From positions 50,158,001 through 50,222,000 of the forward strand of contig NC_042999.1 of NCBI RefSeq assembly GCF_006345805.1: a DNA stretch of 64,000 nucleotides, written 5' to 3'. This document shows positions 1 through 12,849 of the stretch, piece after piece; positions within the stretch are counted from its first letter, which is position 1; each line of letters starts with the position of its first letter. This DNA comes from Octopus sinensis. Its lineage: Eukaryota. The position numbers and the translations under genes are program-made. Below the pieces are notes generated by a model, which was not told the DNA's origin, did no database searches, and saw nothing but the letters and a program-made list of their open reading frames with translations.

Positions 1-62
1 ATTACTGTTGAAAGATTTCTCACAACATGAAACCACTGGTAGCCTTTTTAACTCACAAAGTT

Positions 63-295
63 CCTATTTCTTTACTACCCACAAGGAGCTAAGCACAGAG
101 AGGACAAACAAGGACAGACAAATGGATTAAGTTGATTACATCGACTCCAGTGTATATCTGGTACCTAATTTATCGACCCTGAAAGGATGAAAGGCAAAGT
201 CGACCTCGGCAGAATTTGAACTCAGAACGTAACAGCAGACAAAATACCGCTCAGCATTTCACCCGGCGTGCTAATGATTGTGCCAGCTCACCACC
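63..295 (-). mobile_element. tRNA-headed SINE, family B (Meta-domain-like core)
   Basis: Reverse complement of the 52957-53193 copy. Core GACTTTGCCTTTCATCCTTTC.GGGTCGATAAATTA.GTACCAG resembles the Meta/Sauria-type SINE central domain (assigned from memory). Confidence 0.85.
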
Positions 296-302
296 TTCGA
301 TT

Positions 303-520
303 TGACAGAGGGCTAGCAAGCCAGAAGACTGCACCAAGCTCCAGTCTGATCTGGCAAAGTTTCTACAGCTTGATGCCCTTCCTAATGCCAACCACTCTGA
401 GAGTATAGTGAGTGCTTTTTACGTGCCACCAGCATGAGGGCCAGTCAGGTAGTACTGGCTTCGACCATGATTGTATGGTGCTTTTTATGCAATGACCATG
501 CTCGAATGGTGTTTTTTACA
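303..520 (-). mobile_element. Short RTE-related non-autonomous retroposon, family E (partial)
   Basis: Reverse complement of GAGTGGTTGGCATTAGGAAGGGCATC.AGCTGTAGAAACT.TGCCAGATCAGACTGGAGC, shared with copies at 38950, 46441 and 53685. Confidence 0.65.
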
Positions 521-789
521 AAGTTAGTAAGCTTCAAGCAGTCAATAGAAGGTATAAAAAACAACTTTCAGGAACAATAGTAGTTTATTGATATAGAAGT
601 TTGTAGTTTTTTATCATATCGAAGTCCAATAAGCTGCAAAAAGTTATTTTATAGTTCATGGTTAGCAACTAGGGTTGCTATACAGGCAAATGAAAATCCA
701 AATTGAGAGAATGGAGCAAGTAAAATCCAGCTACATATGTTTCCTAGGTAACACAACCTCAGGAATAATAATTACTCAATGAAGGTATT

Positions 790-823
790 CACACACACAC
801 ACACACACACATACTAATATACG

Positions 824-880
<57 letters not shown>

Positions 881-911
881 GATAGATAGATAGATAGATA
901 GAGAGATAGAG

Positions 912-967
<56 letters not shown>

Positions 968-975
968 TGATAGAT
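790..975. repeat. Compound microsatellite (AC)n-(AT)n-(GATA)n
   Basis: Directly visible; explains ORFs 776-994 and 789-983. Confidence 0.97.
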
Positions 976-1010
976 AGATACAATTGGATATCAAAATAAA
1001 TAAAGCTATA

Positions 1011-1256
1011 CTCTTTTACTTGGTTCAGTCATGTGACTGTGGCCATGCTGGAGCGTCACCTTTAGTCAAGCAAATCGACCCCAGGACTTATTTTTTGTAA
1101 GCCTAGTACTTATTCTATCAGTCTCCTTTGCCAAACTGCAAAGTTATGGGGACATAAACACACCAGCATCAGTTGTCAAGCGAAGTTGGGGGTACAAACA
1201 CAGATACACAAACATATACACACACAAACATATACACACACATACATATATATATA

Positions 1257-1295
<39 letters not shown>

Positions 1296-1463
1296 TACAA
1301 CGGTCTTCTTTCAGTTTCCGTCTACCAAATCCATTCACAAGGCTTTGGTGGGCCCGAGGCTATAGTAGAAGACACTTGTCCAAGGTGCTACACAGTGGGA
1401 CTGAACCCGGAACCATGTGGTTCATAAGCAAGCTAATTACCACACAGACACTCATACGCCTAT
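1011..1463 (-). mobile_element. tRNA-headed SINE, family A (CORE-like, central AC/AT microsatellite)
   Basis: Full reverse-complement match to 15132-15541: A-box TGGCTGTGTGGTAA, B-box GGTTCAGTCC, CCTTGGGCAAGT core and GTAAAAGAG tail. Confidence 0.92.
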
Positions 1464-2087
1464 AAATAATAGGATGTATAACACTGGGCTAAAAAGAACT
1501 TGACCAGAAGTAGTTGAAGGCTACCCCTTTGCCAAGTGATTTTTTAATCAAATGTTCTGCACACTACGTTTTGTATCATTATCTTTGAATTCCACCTCTA
1601 ACAAAAAAAAAATTAGTTATTTCATCTGTTTAGCACTTATACACAGCCATGCGAATATTATTTAGGTTACCAATGAAAAGTTGATGACTATCCAGGTGTT
1701 TTGTGTCATAAATCTTTTAGTGGATTGGAGAGAGAATGGTGTATCCACTGTTGCTTGTATGTTCAGTCATATGGTGGAAGAAAAGCTAACCAGTAGAGAA
1801 CACACTGATATTTTTCATTCAATTAATGTTTCTGTAGCCTAAATCATCAATTATTTCCTCACTATTAAGTACTCAAACTTATTGATAACTATCACAATTT
1901 CTGTTATATTTGCTAAAACAGAATAAGCTTTTTGTTACAGGGAAGATGGTTTTCACCGAGATAAAAATGGGAATATAGTATTCTTGAATACTCTTTTTTG
2001 TTTAAACCAGTAGCATAGTTCTAGCAATGAATGTATGAATGAATGACTGTTTGTCAAAATCTATGTATGTATGTATGTATGTATGTT

Positions 2088-2465
2088 ACTCTCTTTTATT
2101 ACTCTTTTACTTGTTTCAGTCATTTGACTGCAACCATGCTGGAGCACCACCTTTAGTCGAGCAAATCGACCCCAGGACTTATTCTTTGTAAGCCTAGTAC
2201 TTATTCTATTGGTCTCTTTTGCCAAACCGCTAAGTTACGGTGACGTAAACACACCAGCATCAGTTTTCAAATGATGTAGGGACAAACACAGACATACAAA
2301 CACATACATATACATATATATGACAGGCTTCTTTCAGTTTTCGTCTACCAAACCCACTCACAAGGCTTTGGTCAGCCCGATGCTATAGTAGAAGACACTT
2401 GCCCAAGGTGCCATGCAATGGGACTGAACCCAGAACCATGTGGTTCATAAGAAAGCTACTTACCA
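2088..2465 (-). mobile_element. Family A SINE
   Basis: Same conserved blocks as 1011-1463; followed by a (TATG)n/(TG)n tract to about 2565. Confidence 0.9.
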
Positions 2466-2506
2466 ATGTATGTATGTATGTATGTATGTATGTATGTATG
2501 TATATA

Positions 2507-2542
<36 letters not shown>

Positions 2543-3146
2543 CATGCATGTATGTATGTATGTATGGTTGTATATATGTATTGCATAGTTTTGTAAGAAC
2601 TCATAAGATATACCTGCCATCCTTGAAAAGCAAGCATATTAAATAACTGCCTAATAAAACATCTAGTGTGATACCAATAGGCAAGATCAGCTGTAATGGA
2701 TCTATAGTACAGTGTACTTTGATTAGTGTGTGTGTGTATGTGTGTGCATGTGTGTACTGAGAGAGGGAGAGACAAAGACAGATCTATTGATGGACAGACA
2801 GATAGATAGATAGGTAGACAGACAGATAAATACATATATTGGTATAGGTGTAAGGGTGTGTGTGTGTGACGCAAAATGTACAACAAGTATATTTTACATC
2901 TATTGACAAAAAATGAGGGAACTTCTATGAAGTTACTTAAACAGCTAGATATAACAACCAAATCTCTCTTAAATTACTTTCTACTGTTTTAAAAAATGAA
3001 ATGACAGCTATAATGTAGTCATATCATGAAAATATGGAATGGTTACAAGTAGAACAGCTTTGATCATAAATCTGCTTGATCAGGGCAGCCCTAGGGCTAA
3101 ACAGGAGTAACAGCAGCTAACATCAAATGTTGTCTTTCAATGCAAT

Positions 3147-3265
3147 ACTCTTTTACTCTCTTGTACTCTTTTACTGAACTGCTAATGTTGCGGGGAATGT
3201 AAACACACCAGCATCAGTTGTCAGGCGATGTTGGGGGGACAAACACATATACATAAACATATACA

Positions 3266-3334
<69 letters not shown>

Positions 3335-3495
3335 GATGGGCTTCTTTCAGTTTCTGTCTACCAAATCCACTCACAAAGGCTTTGGTCAGCCCGAGGCTAT
3401 AGTAGAAGGCACTTGCCCAAGATGCCACACAGTGGGACTGAACCCGGAACCATGTGGTTGGTAAGCTAGCTACTTACCACACAACCACTCCTGTT
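3147..3495 (-). mobile_element. Family A SINE, internally deleted
   Basis: Head and middle blocks present; the CATGCTGGAGC...AAGCCTAG block is missing. Confidence 0.85.
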
Positions 3496-4967
3496 CCAAA
3501 GCCTTTTAGTAACAACATGGTCAAGATCACCCCTGGTTTTATGTTACAACCCTTTCTGTGTTAAAGCGGTCTCAATTAAAACATTCCCTCAAAATGTCTT
3601 TAATTTACGTTCCAAACACCAGAATCATAATAATAATAATATCGACAAAGTTATTTTACAAAAATTCTTCCTTAGTATTTCTAAATTCATTGAAACAAAG
3701 GTAGAAATATAGTTAACAAATGGTTAAACCACATTTAGCATATTCAGAAGTCATCAACCAAATATGCTTACACTCCGAGAAATTTACTAAACAGCAACTG
3801 ACTGACTGAATTGCCCATAGTTTCTATTTCAGAAGCAGTATTAGAGTAATATTCAAAATGAAAATAATTTATTGATGTAATTGAAATGTTCACCATATAC
3901 AGAGAAAATTCCAACAAAGTTTGAAGTTCATTCTTAGTGAATAAAAACTAAAAAGAAAAAGCACTAGTGTGAATGGTTCAAAGGATTTTTGGTATTAATT
4001 GTATGAAAATATTTCTTCATGCATAGTAAATATCAATTATTCCAAGAACTGCCACCAGCAGGTTATAAATGCCAATATTATAAAACCTGAGAAAGCAAAG
4101 TATTGGAAAATTTGTATCTGTATGGTTATATTTTACTCTGGTGCTAAAATGTGATCTATCTGAAGTTACCGCATTGATAATTAAAGATTATTGTTAATGC
4201 TACTACTACTACAATAACAATAATTGCTTCTAATATTAGCACAAGGCAAGAAATTAATTTGGAACGGGCTTAGTTAATTATATTTACCCAAGTACTGGTG
4301 TGGTATTTTATTTAATTGACCCTTGAACGATGAAAGGTAAAGTTGGCCTTAGCTGGATTTGAACTTAGATGTAGAATTGTGCAATTAAATTCAGCAAGGT
4401 ATTTTGTCCAACATTCTAACAATTCTGCCATTCCCCCACACCTACAGTAACAACTTATGATTTAGGCCTGAAACTTCAAAGTATACGTTAGTCATTTAAA
4501 TTGACCAGTAAGTTGTTTTAGTATAGGTTAGTCAATTACTTGACCAGTAAGTTATTTTATTGACCCTGGAGAGGTGAAAAGCCAAGGAGAATTCAATAGG
4601 ATTTTGAACTCAGAATAGATTATATACTACAAGGTATTTTTTCCAACACTTTAACAGTTCTACCCTCTATAATAACAACAACAAAAGACTGCACCACACC
4701 TCAAAAAAAGAAAAAGAGAAACTGAGGCAATACATTACCAGGAAGAGTTTGTACACTCTCAACAACAAAAAAGAAACACAATGCTGTGTATACATCAGCA
4801 ACACTGAAGTGTAGCAGGTGATGCAGGACGAATTTACCTGAAACTACCAACTGTTGAATAATGATAACAACAACAACAATAGTAACCAAGGTTTCAAATT
4901 TTGGCATGAGGCCCATAAGTTCAAGATAAGGAGCAATTCAATTACCTCAATTCTAGTACTTATCTGG

Positions 4968-5493
4968 TACTGTAAATCCTCAAGTATAGTCCACCCTTGA
5001 GTATAATACGCAGGGGATTTTTAGGGGTCTGTACCTCTGAAAAACCTAAACCTTGCGTATAATACGTGCTCCTTCTCTAACTTGAGTTGTGCGTAATTAA
5101 GCCAGCAGCACCTAGTCAAACAAACACTTCTGAGCATGCGTAATACAATAATGGTGATGTTCTTAACTGTTATATGGGAATGTAAATATGTTTGCAAATT
5201 GTTTTTGTTACATGTTATTCTGTGTTCTGAATACTTAGATTTTAATAAATGTTGCTTACTGCAAGTTATGTATGATTCTTTTATGACTTCATTGCTTTCA
5301 GGCTTACCTTAAGGTATTTTCGTACCTGTTATCACAAAATGCAGCTGAATAAACATTGCCGGTCAGCAAATAGAGACTTGGGCATTGCTTAGAAGATATT
5401 TTTCATTTTTAGCCTCGTATATAGTATGCACTAGGGATTTTGACCTTTAAATTTTTGGGGAAAAATGCAGATTATACTCAAAGATTTATGGTA
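4968..5493. mobile_element. pogo/Tigger-type MITE inserted at a TA inside a family B SINE (duplicated copy at 8357-8882)
   Basis: Left end TACTGTAAATCCTCAAGTATAGTC versus reverse complement of right end TACCATAAATCTTTGAGTATAATC. Removing it rejoins CTGGTA-CTCATTTTATCAACCCTGAAAG, the family B core. Confidence 0.8.
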
Positions 5494-5639
5494 CTCATTT
5501 TATCAACCCTGAAAGAATGAAAGGCAAGATCAACCTCGGCAGAGTTTGAACTCAGAATGTAAAGACAGATGAAATGCCACGAGGCATTTTGCACTGTGTG
5601 CTAATGATTCTGCCATAATAATAAGAAAAAAGAAGGATT

Positions 5640-6260
5640 TACCAAAAATGGAGTTGAGAATGCTAATGAAGCATGATCACAAACAGCCAACGAGAGAGAA
5701 GAAACCCTACTCTGTGTGGAATTATATGGTCAGTTCTACACTGAAACTAACAACTTAAAAACAAGGAAGCATCATGGAGGTGGCTCAGCATGGGTGACCT
5801 TAAAAAAAAAGACTGCCCAGGATCAGGCATTGTGAAAAAAAGGGATATATACTACACAAGTGCAATGAACTTCCGCTGAATGTGTGGGAAGAGTGTTGAA
5901 AGCATGACTCACATTGTTAGTACTTGTGAAGGTCTTGTGCAGAAACAGTACAAGCACAAACATGACAAGGTAGCCCCAAACCTTCACTGGCTACAATGCC
6001 AGAAGTTATGGCTATGAGGTAACGGGTGCTTGGTACCAACATATACCAGAAAAGGTAATGGATAAAAAGGGGAAGGCAAAAATTCTCTGGGACTTTGACT
6101 TCCAGACAGACAAGGTGTTAGAGCACCAAAGGCCAGATGTAATGACCTTTAGGAGGGACAAACAAGAGTGCTGAATAATTGATGTAACAGAGTCGGATCA
6201 ATATATTATCATGAAAGAAAGAGAAAAGATTGATAAATATGGAAACCTGAGAATTGAGTG
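5640..6260 (+). mobile_element. R4/Dong-clade non-LTR retrotransposon 3' ORF fragment (CCHC finger plus restriction-like endonuclease), degenerate
   Basis: With frameshifts and stops reads ELYGQF...C.MCGKSVESMTHIVSTCEGLVQKQYKHKHDKVAPNLHW...KILWDFDFQTDKVLEHQRPDVMTF...IIDV...KEREKIDKYGNL. The C-x2-C...H...C, (R/K)HD and PD..D motifs are typical of RLE-encoding LINEs. Confidence 0.85.
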
Positions 6261-6789
6261 TTGTCACGAAGTTTGCTTCTTAACCACATGGTTTTGGGTT
6301 CAGTTTCATTTCATGGCACATTGTGCAAGTTCTACTATAGCCTTGGGCCAACCAAAGCCTTATAAGAGGACCTGGTGTGTGTGTGTGCACGCATGTACAT
6401 GTGTTTTTGCCTGTCTTGATATCATGCAATAGTTGTATTATTAATTTCAAATCTTTGGTAGAAACATGTCCAACAATGGAAACAGGTGAATATTAAAGAC
6501 AGGAAAGGCATCAGGCCATAAAAAATCTGCTTCAATAAATTCCATCTGAGCCAATGAATTACAAGCATGAGATAGTGGATATTAAATTGAAGTTGATAAA
6601 GAAAATATATTAGACATCACACTAATACAACAAATGGCATCTTAGATCTAGCTTAATATCATGTCATTCATGGATAGATAAACGAATTTCAAGTTGCATC
6701 ATGTAAACATTGATATTCAAGGATTTTACTTGTATATATATATAAGAGTGTATAAAGATTAATACACCGAGAGAAGACCCTTGTATGTA

Positions 6790-6864
<75 letters not shown>

Positions 6865-8356
6865 ATTCCCAAAAACATTACACAGTCATGTGAAAGAGAA
6901 AGAATTATATCATAATGCATCACATGATAAATCTGAATAAAAAGTCAATAAACTGTCATTTCTAATAGAAGTTAGATCTATGCTGACATTTCAGTATATG
7001 TCACTGAATAGAAGGTGCCCATAAATTACATTTACAATTTGAAAAACTCAGAAAAAATTGAAAAATAAGGATAACTCAGAAGAGTTTACAGGAAAGCATA
7101 GGCAAACAAATAAAGTTTTATTCAAAATATCAGAACTTTTCCACATGGGCTCCAATGGCTTCACACAATACATCTAATAATAAATTGTGGAAATTATAAA
7201 AATAATTTATGAACACCCTGTATTTCAGCTCAGCATGTTCTCAATTTAAACTGCCAGATCTTTGTATCGGCAATCTTTATTATAATTCTTTCATTCTTGT
7301 TTCATAACTTGTTTTATACAGTGAAAATCCTTCATTAGTTTATTATGTAATCAGTTGAATGAAATAAAAAAACTCACTAAAACTCACTAAAAAAAAACAA
7401 ATAAATGATGCTATTAAACATTTGTAAGTTAAATGAACTGCCACCAGCAGGTTATAAATGCCAATATTATAAAACCTGAGAAAGCAAAGTATTGGAAAAT
7501 TTGTATCTGTATGGTTATATTTTACTCTGGTGCTAAAATGTGATCTATCTGAAGTTACCGCATTGATAATTAAAGATTATTGTTAATGCTACTACTACTA
7601 CAATAACAATAATTGCTTCTAATATTAGCACAAGGCAAGAAATTAATTTGGAACGGGCTTAGTTAATTATATTTACCCAAGTACTGGTGTGGTATTTTAT
7701 TTAATTGACCCTTGAACGATGAAAGGTAAAGTTGGCCTTAGCTGGATTTGAACTTAGATGTAGAATTGTGCAATTAAATTCAGCAAGGTATTTTGTCCAA
7801 CATTCTAACAATTCTGCCATTCCCCCACACCTACAGTAACAACTTATGATTTAGGCCTGAAACTTCAAAGTATACGTTAGTCATTTAAATTGACCAGTAA
7901 GTTGTTTTAGTATAGGTTAGTCAATTACTTGACCAGTAAGTTATTTTATTGACCCTGGAGAGGTGAAAAGCCAAGGAGAATTCAATAGGATTTTGAACTC
8001 AGAATAGATTATATACTACAAGGTATTTTTTCCAACACTTTAACAGTTCTACCCTCTATAATAACAACAACAAAAGACTGCACCACACCTCAAAAAAAGA
8101 AAAAGAGAAACTGAGGCAATACATTACCAGGAAGAGTTTGTACACTCTCAACAACAAAAAAGAAACACAATGCTGTGTATACATCAGCAACACTGAAGTG
8201 TAGCAGGTGATGCAGGACGAATTTACCTGAAACTACCAACTGTTGAATAATGATAACAACAACAACAATAGTAACCAAGGTTTCAAATTTTGGCATGAGG
8301 CCCATAAGTTCAAGATAAGGAGCAATTCAATTACCTCAATTCTAGTACTTATCTGG

Positions 8357-8882
8357 TACTGTAAATCCTCAAGTATAGTCCACCCTTGAGTATAATACGC
8401 AGGGGATTTTTAGGGGTCTGTACCTCTGAAAAACCTAAACCTTGCGTATAATACGTGCTCCTTCTCTAACTTGAGTTGTGCGTAATTAAGCCAGCAGCAC
8501 CTAGTCAAACAAACACTTCTGAGCATGCGTAATACAATAATGGTGATGTTCTTAACTGTTATATGGGAATGTAAATATGTTTGCAAATTGTTTTTGTTAC
8601 ATGTTATTCTGTGTTCTGAATACTTAGATTTTAATAAATGTTGCTTACTGCAAGTTATGTATGATTCTTTTATGACTTCATTGCTTTCAGGCTTACCTTA
8701 AGGTATTTTCGTACCTGTTATCACAAAATGCAGCTGAATAAACATTGCCGGTCAGCAAATAGAGACTTGGGCATTGCTTAGAAGATATTTTTCATTTTTA
8801 GCCTCGTATATAGTATGCACTAGGGATTTTGACCTTTAAATTTTTGGGGAAAAATGCAGATTATACTCAAAGATTTATGGTA
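8357..8882. mobile_element. Duplicate copy of the pogo-type MITE
   Basis: Matches 4968-5493; lies inside the second duplication unit. Confidence 0.8.
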
Positions 8883-9029
8883 CTCATTTTATCAACCCTG
8901 AAAGAATGAAAGGCAAGATCAACCTCGGCAGAGTTTGAACTCAGAATGTAAAGACAGATGAAATGCCACGAGGCATTTTGCACTGTGTGCTAATGATTCT
9001 GCCATAATAATAAGAAAAAAGAAGGATTT

Positions 9030-9650
9030 ACCAAAAATGGAGTTGAGAATGCTAATGAAGCATGATCACAAACAGCCAACGAGAGAGAAGAAACCCTACT
9101 CTGTGTGGAATTATATGGTCAGTTCTACACTGAAACTAACAACTTAAAAAACAAGGAAGCATCATGGAGGTGGCTCAGCATGGGTGACCTTAAAAAAAAA
9201 GACTGCCCAGGATCAGGCATTGTGAAAAAAAGGGATATATACTACACAAGTGCAATGAACTTCCGCTGAATGTGTGGGAAGAGTGTTGAAAGCATGACTC
9301 ACATTGTTAGTACTTGTGAAGGTCTTGTGCAGAAACAGTACAAGCACAAACATGACAAGGTAGCCCCAAACCTTCACTGGCTACAATGCCAGAAGTTATG
9401 GCTATGAGGTAACGGGTGCTTGGTACCAACATATACCAGAAAAGGTAATGGATAAAAAGGGGAAGGCAAAAATTCTCTGGGACTTTGACTTCCAGACAGA
9501 CAAGGTGTTAGAGCACCAAAGGCCAGATGTAATGACCTTTAGGAGGGACAAACAAGAGTGCTGAATAATTGATGTAACAGAGTCGGATCAATATATTATC
9601 ATGAAAGAAAGAGAAAAGATTGATAAATATGGAAACCTGAGAATTGAGTG
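9030..9650 (+). mobile_element. Duplicate copy of the R4-clade LINE fragment
   Basis: Same sequence as 5640-6260 apart from one extra A. Confidence 0.85.
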
Positions 9651-10179
9651 TTGTCACGAAGTTTGCTTCTTAACCACATGGTTTTGGGTTCAGTTTCATT
9701 TCATGGCACATTGTGCAAGTTCTACTATAGCCTTGGGCCAACCAAAGCCTTATAAGAGGACCTGGTGTGTGTGTGTGCACGCATGTACATGTGTTTTTGC
9801 CTGTCTTGATATCATGCAATAGTTGTATTATTAATTTCAAATCTTTGGTAGAAACATGTCCAACAATGGAAACAGGTGAATATTAAAGACAGGAAAGGCA
9901 TCAGGCCATAAAAAATCTGCTTCAATAAATTCCATCTGAGCCAATGAATTACAAGCATGAGATAGTGGATATTAAATTGAAGTTGATAAAGAAAATATAT
10001 TAGACATCACACTAATACAACAAATGGCATCTTAGATCTAGCTTAATATCATGTCATTCATGGATAGATAAACGAATTTCAAGTTGCATCATGTAAACAT
10101 TGATATTCAAGGATTTTACTTGTATATATATATAAGAGTGTATAAAGATTAATACACCGAGAGAAGACCCTTGTATGTA

Positions 10180-10258
<79 letters not shown>

Positions 10259-11718
10259 ATTCCCAAAAACATTACACAGTCATGTGAAAGAGAAAGAATT
10301 ATATCATAATGCATCACATGATAAATCTGAATAAAAAGTCAATAAACTGTCATTTCTAATAGAAGTTAGATCTATGCTGACATTTCAGTATATGTCACTG
10401 AATAGAAGGTGCCCATAAATTACATTTACAATTTGAAAAACTCAGAAAAAATTGAAAAATAAGGATAACTCAGAAGAGTTTACAGGAAAGCATAGGCAAA
10501 CAAATAAAGTTTTATTCAAAATATCAGAACTTTTCCACATGGGCTCCAATGGCTTCACACAATACATCTAAATAATAAATTGTGGAAATTATAAAAATAA
10601 TTTATGAACACCCTGTATTTCAGCTCAGCATGTTCTCAATTTAAACTGCCAGATCTTTGTATCGGCAATCTTTATTATAATTCTTTCATTCTTGTTTCAT
10701 AACTTGTTTTATACAGTGAAAATCCTTCATTAGTTTATTATGTAATCAGTTGAATGAAATAAAAAAACTCACTAAAACTCACTAAAAAAAAACAAATAAA
10801 TGATGCTATTAAACATTTGTAAGTTAAATGAATATAGCAAAAATCTATGTTCAAGTCAACAAGTGAAAATTCATTGTCAACTGGTGTCTAGAAACTTAAT
10901 ATTATTTTCATTCATCTTAAATAGTTCTTACTGTGTCAAAACATTATTAACATTATGTCTGCTCAGCACAACTAATATTGCAATACTATTCAGTTCTCAG
11001 TCATTCAAATATATTCATTTCAGCATTCTGTAAGAGAATTTTTATAATATTAATGGATTTTTAAAGATACTCTGCAGTATTATATTCCTGGTAACTGATA
11101 GCTAAGTACAAATTATTGCTAATAATATCTTCATGAATAGAATACAGAGATTGAATTTATTCATTTGTTAAATGTCAGGTTTTTTGGGGGTTTTTTTTTC
11201 ATGCTAGCTTGCATTTGATGAGTTTTACAGCTGGATACTCTTCCTGTCACCAACACTTAGCACAGTGTGGCTGGTTATACTGTCAACAAGTAATGTCAAC
11301 ATCATCACCTTTTCACTCAAGAGGCAGCAAGCATGAATGATAATATTCTTACACATTTGCACATTGCATACTCACACCCACATATGCATATGTGTGTATA
11401 TATAGGTGTATGTGTGCGTATCTTTTAAATTTGTTTATGGGAAACGTTTTGAATAAGCAAAGTTCCTATTCCATTATGCTGGCCACAGTCTAATGATGCT
11501 GATGAGCAACCCAGTTTTATGGGGTGGCATCAAGTCATACTGATATAATGTTGGATAAATATAATAACTATTTCAAATTTTTGCAATATGGACAGCTTGT
11601 GGGATGTGGGGGTGAGTTGATTACATCAGTGTTCAACTGGTACATATTTTATCAACCATGGAAGGATGAAAGGCAAAGTTGACCTTAGTGGAATTTGAAC
11701 TAGCGACAGGCAAAATAA

Positions 11719-11948
11719 CTATTTCTTTACTACCCACAAGGGGCTACACACAGAGGGGACAAACAAGGACAGACAAACAGATTAAGTCGATTATATTGAC
11801 CCCAGTGCATAACTGGCACTTAATTTATCGACCCCGAAAGGATGAAAGGCAAAGTCGACCTCGGCGGAATTTGAACTCAGAATGTAGCGACAGATGAAAT
11901 ACCACCAAGCATTTCATCCAGGATGCTAACGATTCTGCCAGCTCACCA
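11719..11948 (-). mobile_element. Family B SINE (preceded by a partial older copy at ~11600-11708)
   Basis: Near-consensus reverse complement of 52957-53193. Confidence 0.88.
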
Positions 11949-11978
11949 CTTCTTAGGATAAATATAATAATAATAACA

Positions 11979-12249
11979 ATAATCCTTTGATGGAACTCAT
12001 AAGCATTTAATGCATCACTACATGTGATTCCAAAAATCACATGGCTCTTAAGATCACTGTCTGTATTCTTGGGATGATTACAACGTAGTCCATAGTATCT
12101 GTGGTCATCCGGTTGATCATTATCATTGATTCATTTCTTCAGGCAATATAATATCCCAGGAATATGGACTGTGATCTTAGGAGTCATGTGATTTGTGGCA
12201 ACATGTGCAGCGATGCATTAAATGTTTATCAATTCCATCCAAGGATTAT
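11979..12249. mobile_element. Hairpin MITE with ~95-bp imperfect terminal inverted repeats in an (AAT)n context
   Basis: ATAATCCTTTGATGGAACTCATAAGCATTTAATGCATC...TAAGATCACTGTC pairs with GACTGTGATCTTAG...GATGCATTAAATGTTTATCAATTCCATCCAAGGATTAT. Confidence 0.75.
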
Positions 12250-12511
12250 AATTATCATTATTATTATGTTTTCCTCAAATCCCAAAGTTTTCAACTTTCA
12301 ACTCTATCTCACGATTTCGGCATTTGCTGTTTCAGTAATTTTTGTTGAGGAGAATCCCCTACGAATACTCTTCTACCTCGTGTTTGTCCCTCCCTCTCTC
12401 TCTCGCTCTCTCTCTCTCTCCCTCTTCGATTTACCACCTAATACACCAACAGTCCCCACCTAATCCCTAAAAAAATAATTGCTATTATTATTACTATTAT
12501 CATTATTATTC

Positions 12512-12543
<32 letters not shown>

Positions 12544-12849
12544 GTTATCATTATATATATATATATGATGGGCTTCCTACAGTTTCCCTTTACTGAGTTC
12601 ACTCACAAGACATTGGTAGACTCTGAGCTATAGCAGAAAACATTCATCCAAGTTGCCACACAGTACAATCAAACACAGTGGTTACAATCAATCAATGTAG
12701 TTGCAGATAAAAATTCTTAACCACACAGAATATTAATTATAGAACTTATGGCTTCTGACATGTTTTTCTTCTACACCAGAATTATGAATGAAATTTTGGG
12801 TGGAGACCCATCATAAGTCACTCATAGCTGGAAGTGGGATTTGTTGTTT

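Larger units (their letters stand above)
4046..10832. repeat. Head-to-tail tandem duplication, two ~3.39-kb units (4046-7434 and 7435-10829)
   Basis: GAACTGCCACCAGCAGG starts at 4046 and again at 7435. The ORF track gives identical peptides (4701/8090, 6211/9601). GAA microhomology sits at the junction and at 10830-10832. Confidence 0.97.

Noticed and set aside
1680-1900. Possible hAT transposase remnant (CIHCCLYVQS resembling the C-x2-H motif)
   Set aside because: One short weak motif, with no TIRs or supporting motifs.
6875-7225. Tc1/mariner-like terminal motifs (TACACAGTCATGTGAAAG; TTATGAACACCCTGTA)
   Set aside because: The two ends are not reverse complements of each other and no transposase is readable, so I cannot define an element.
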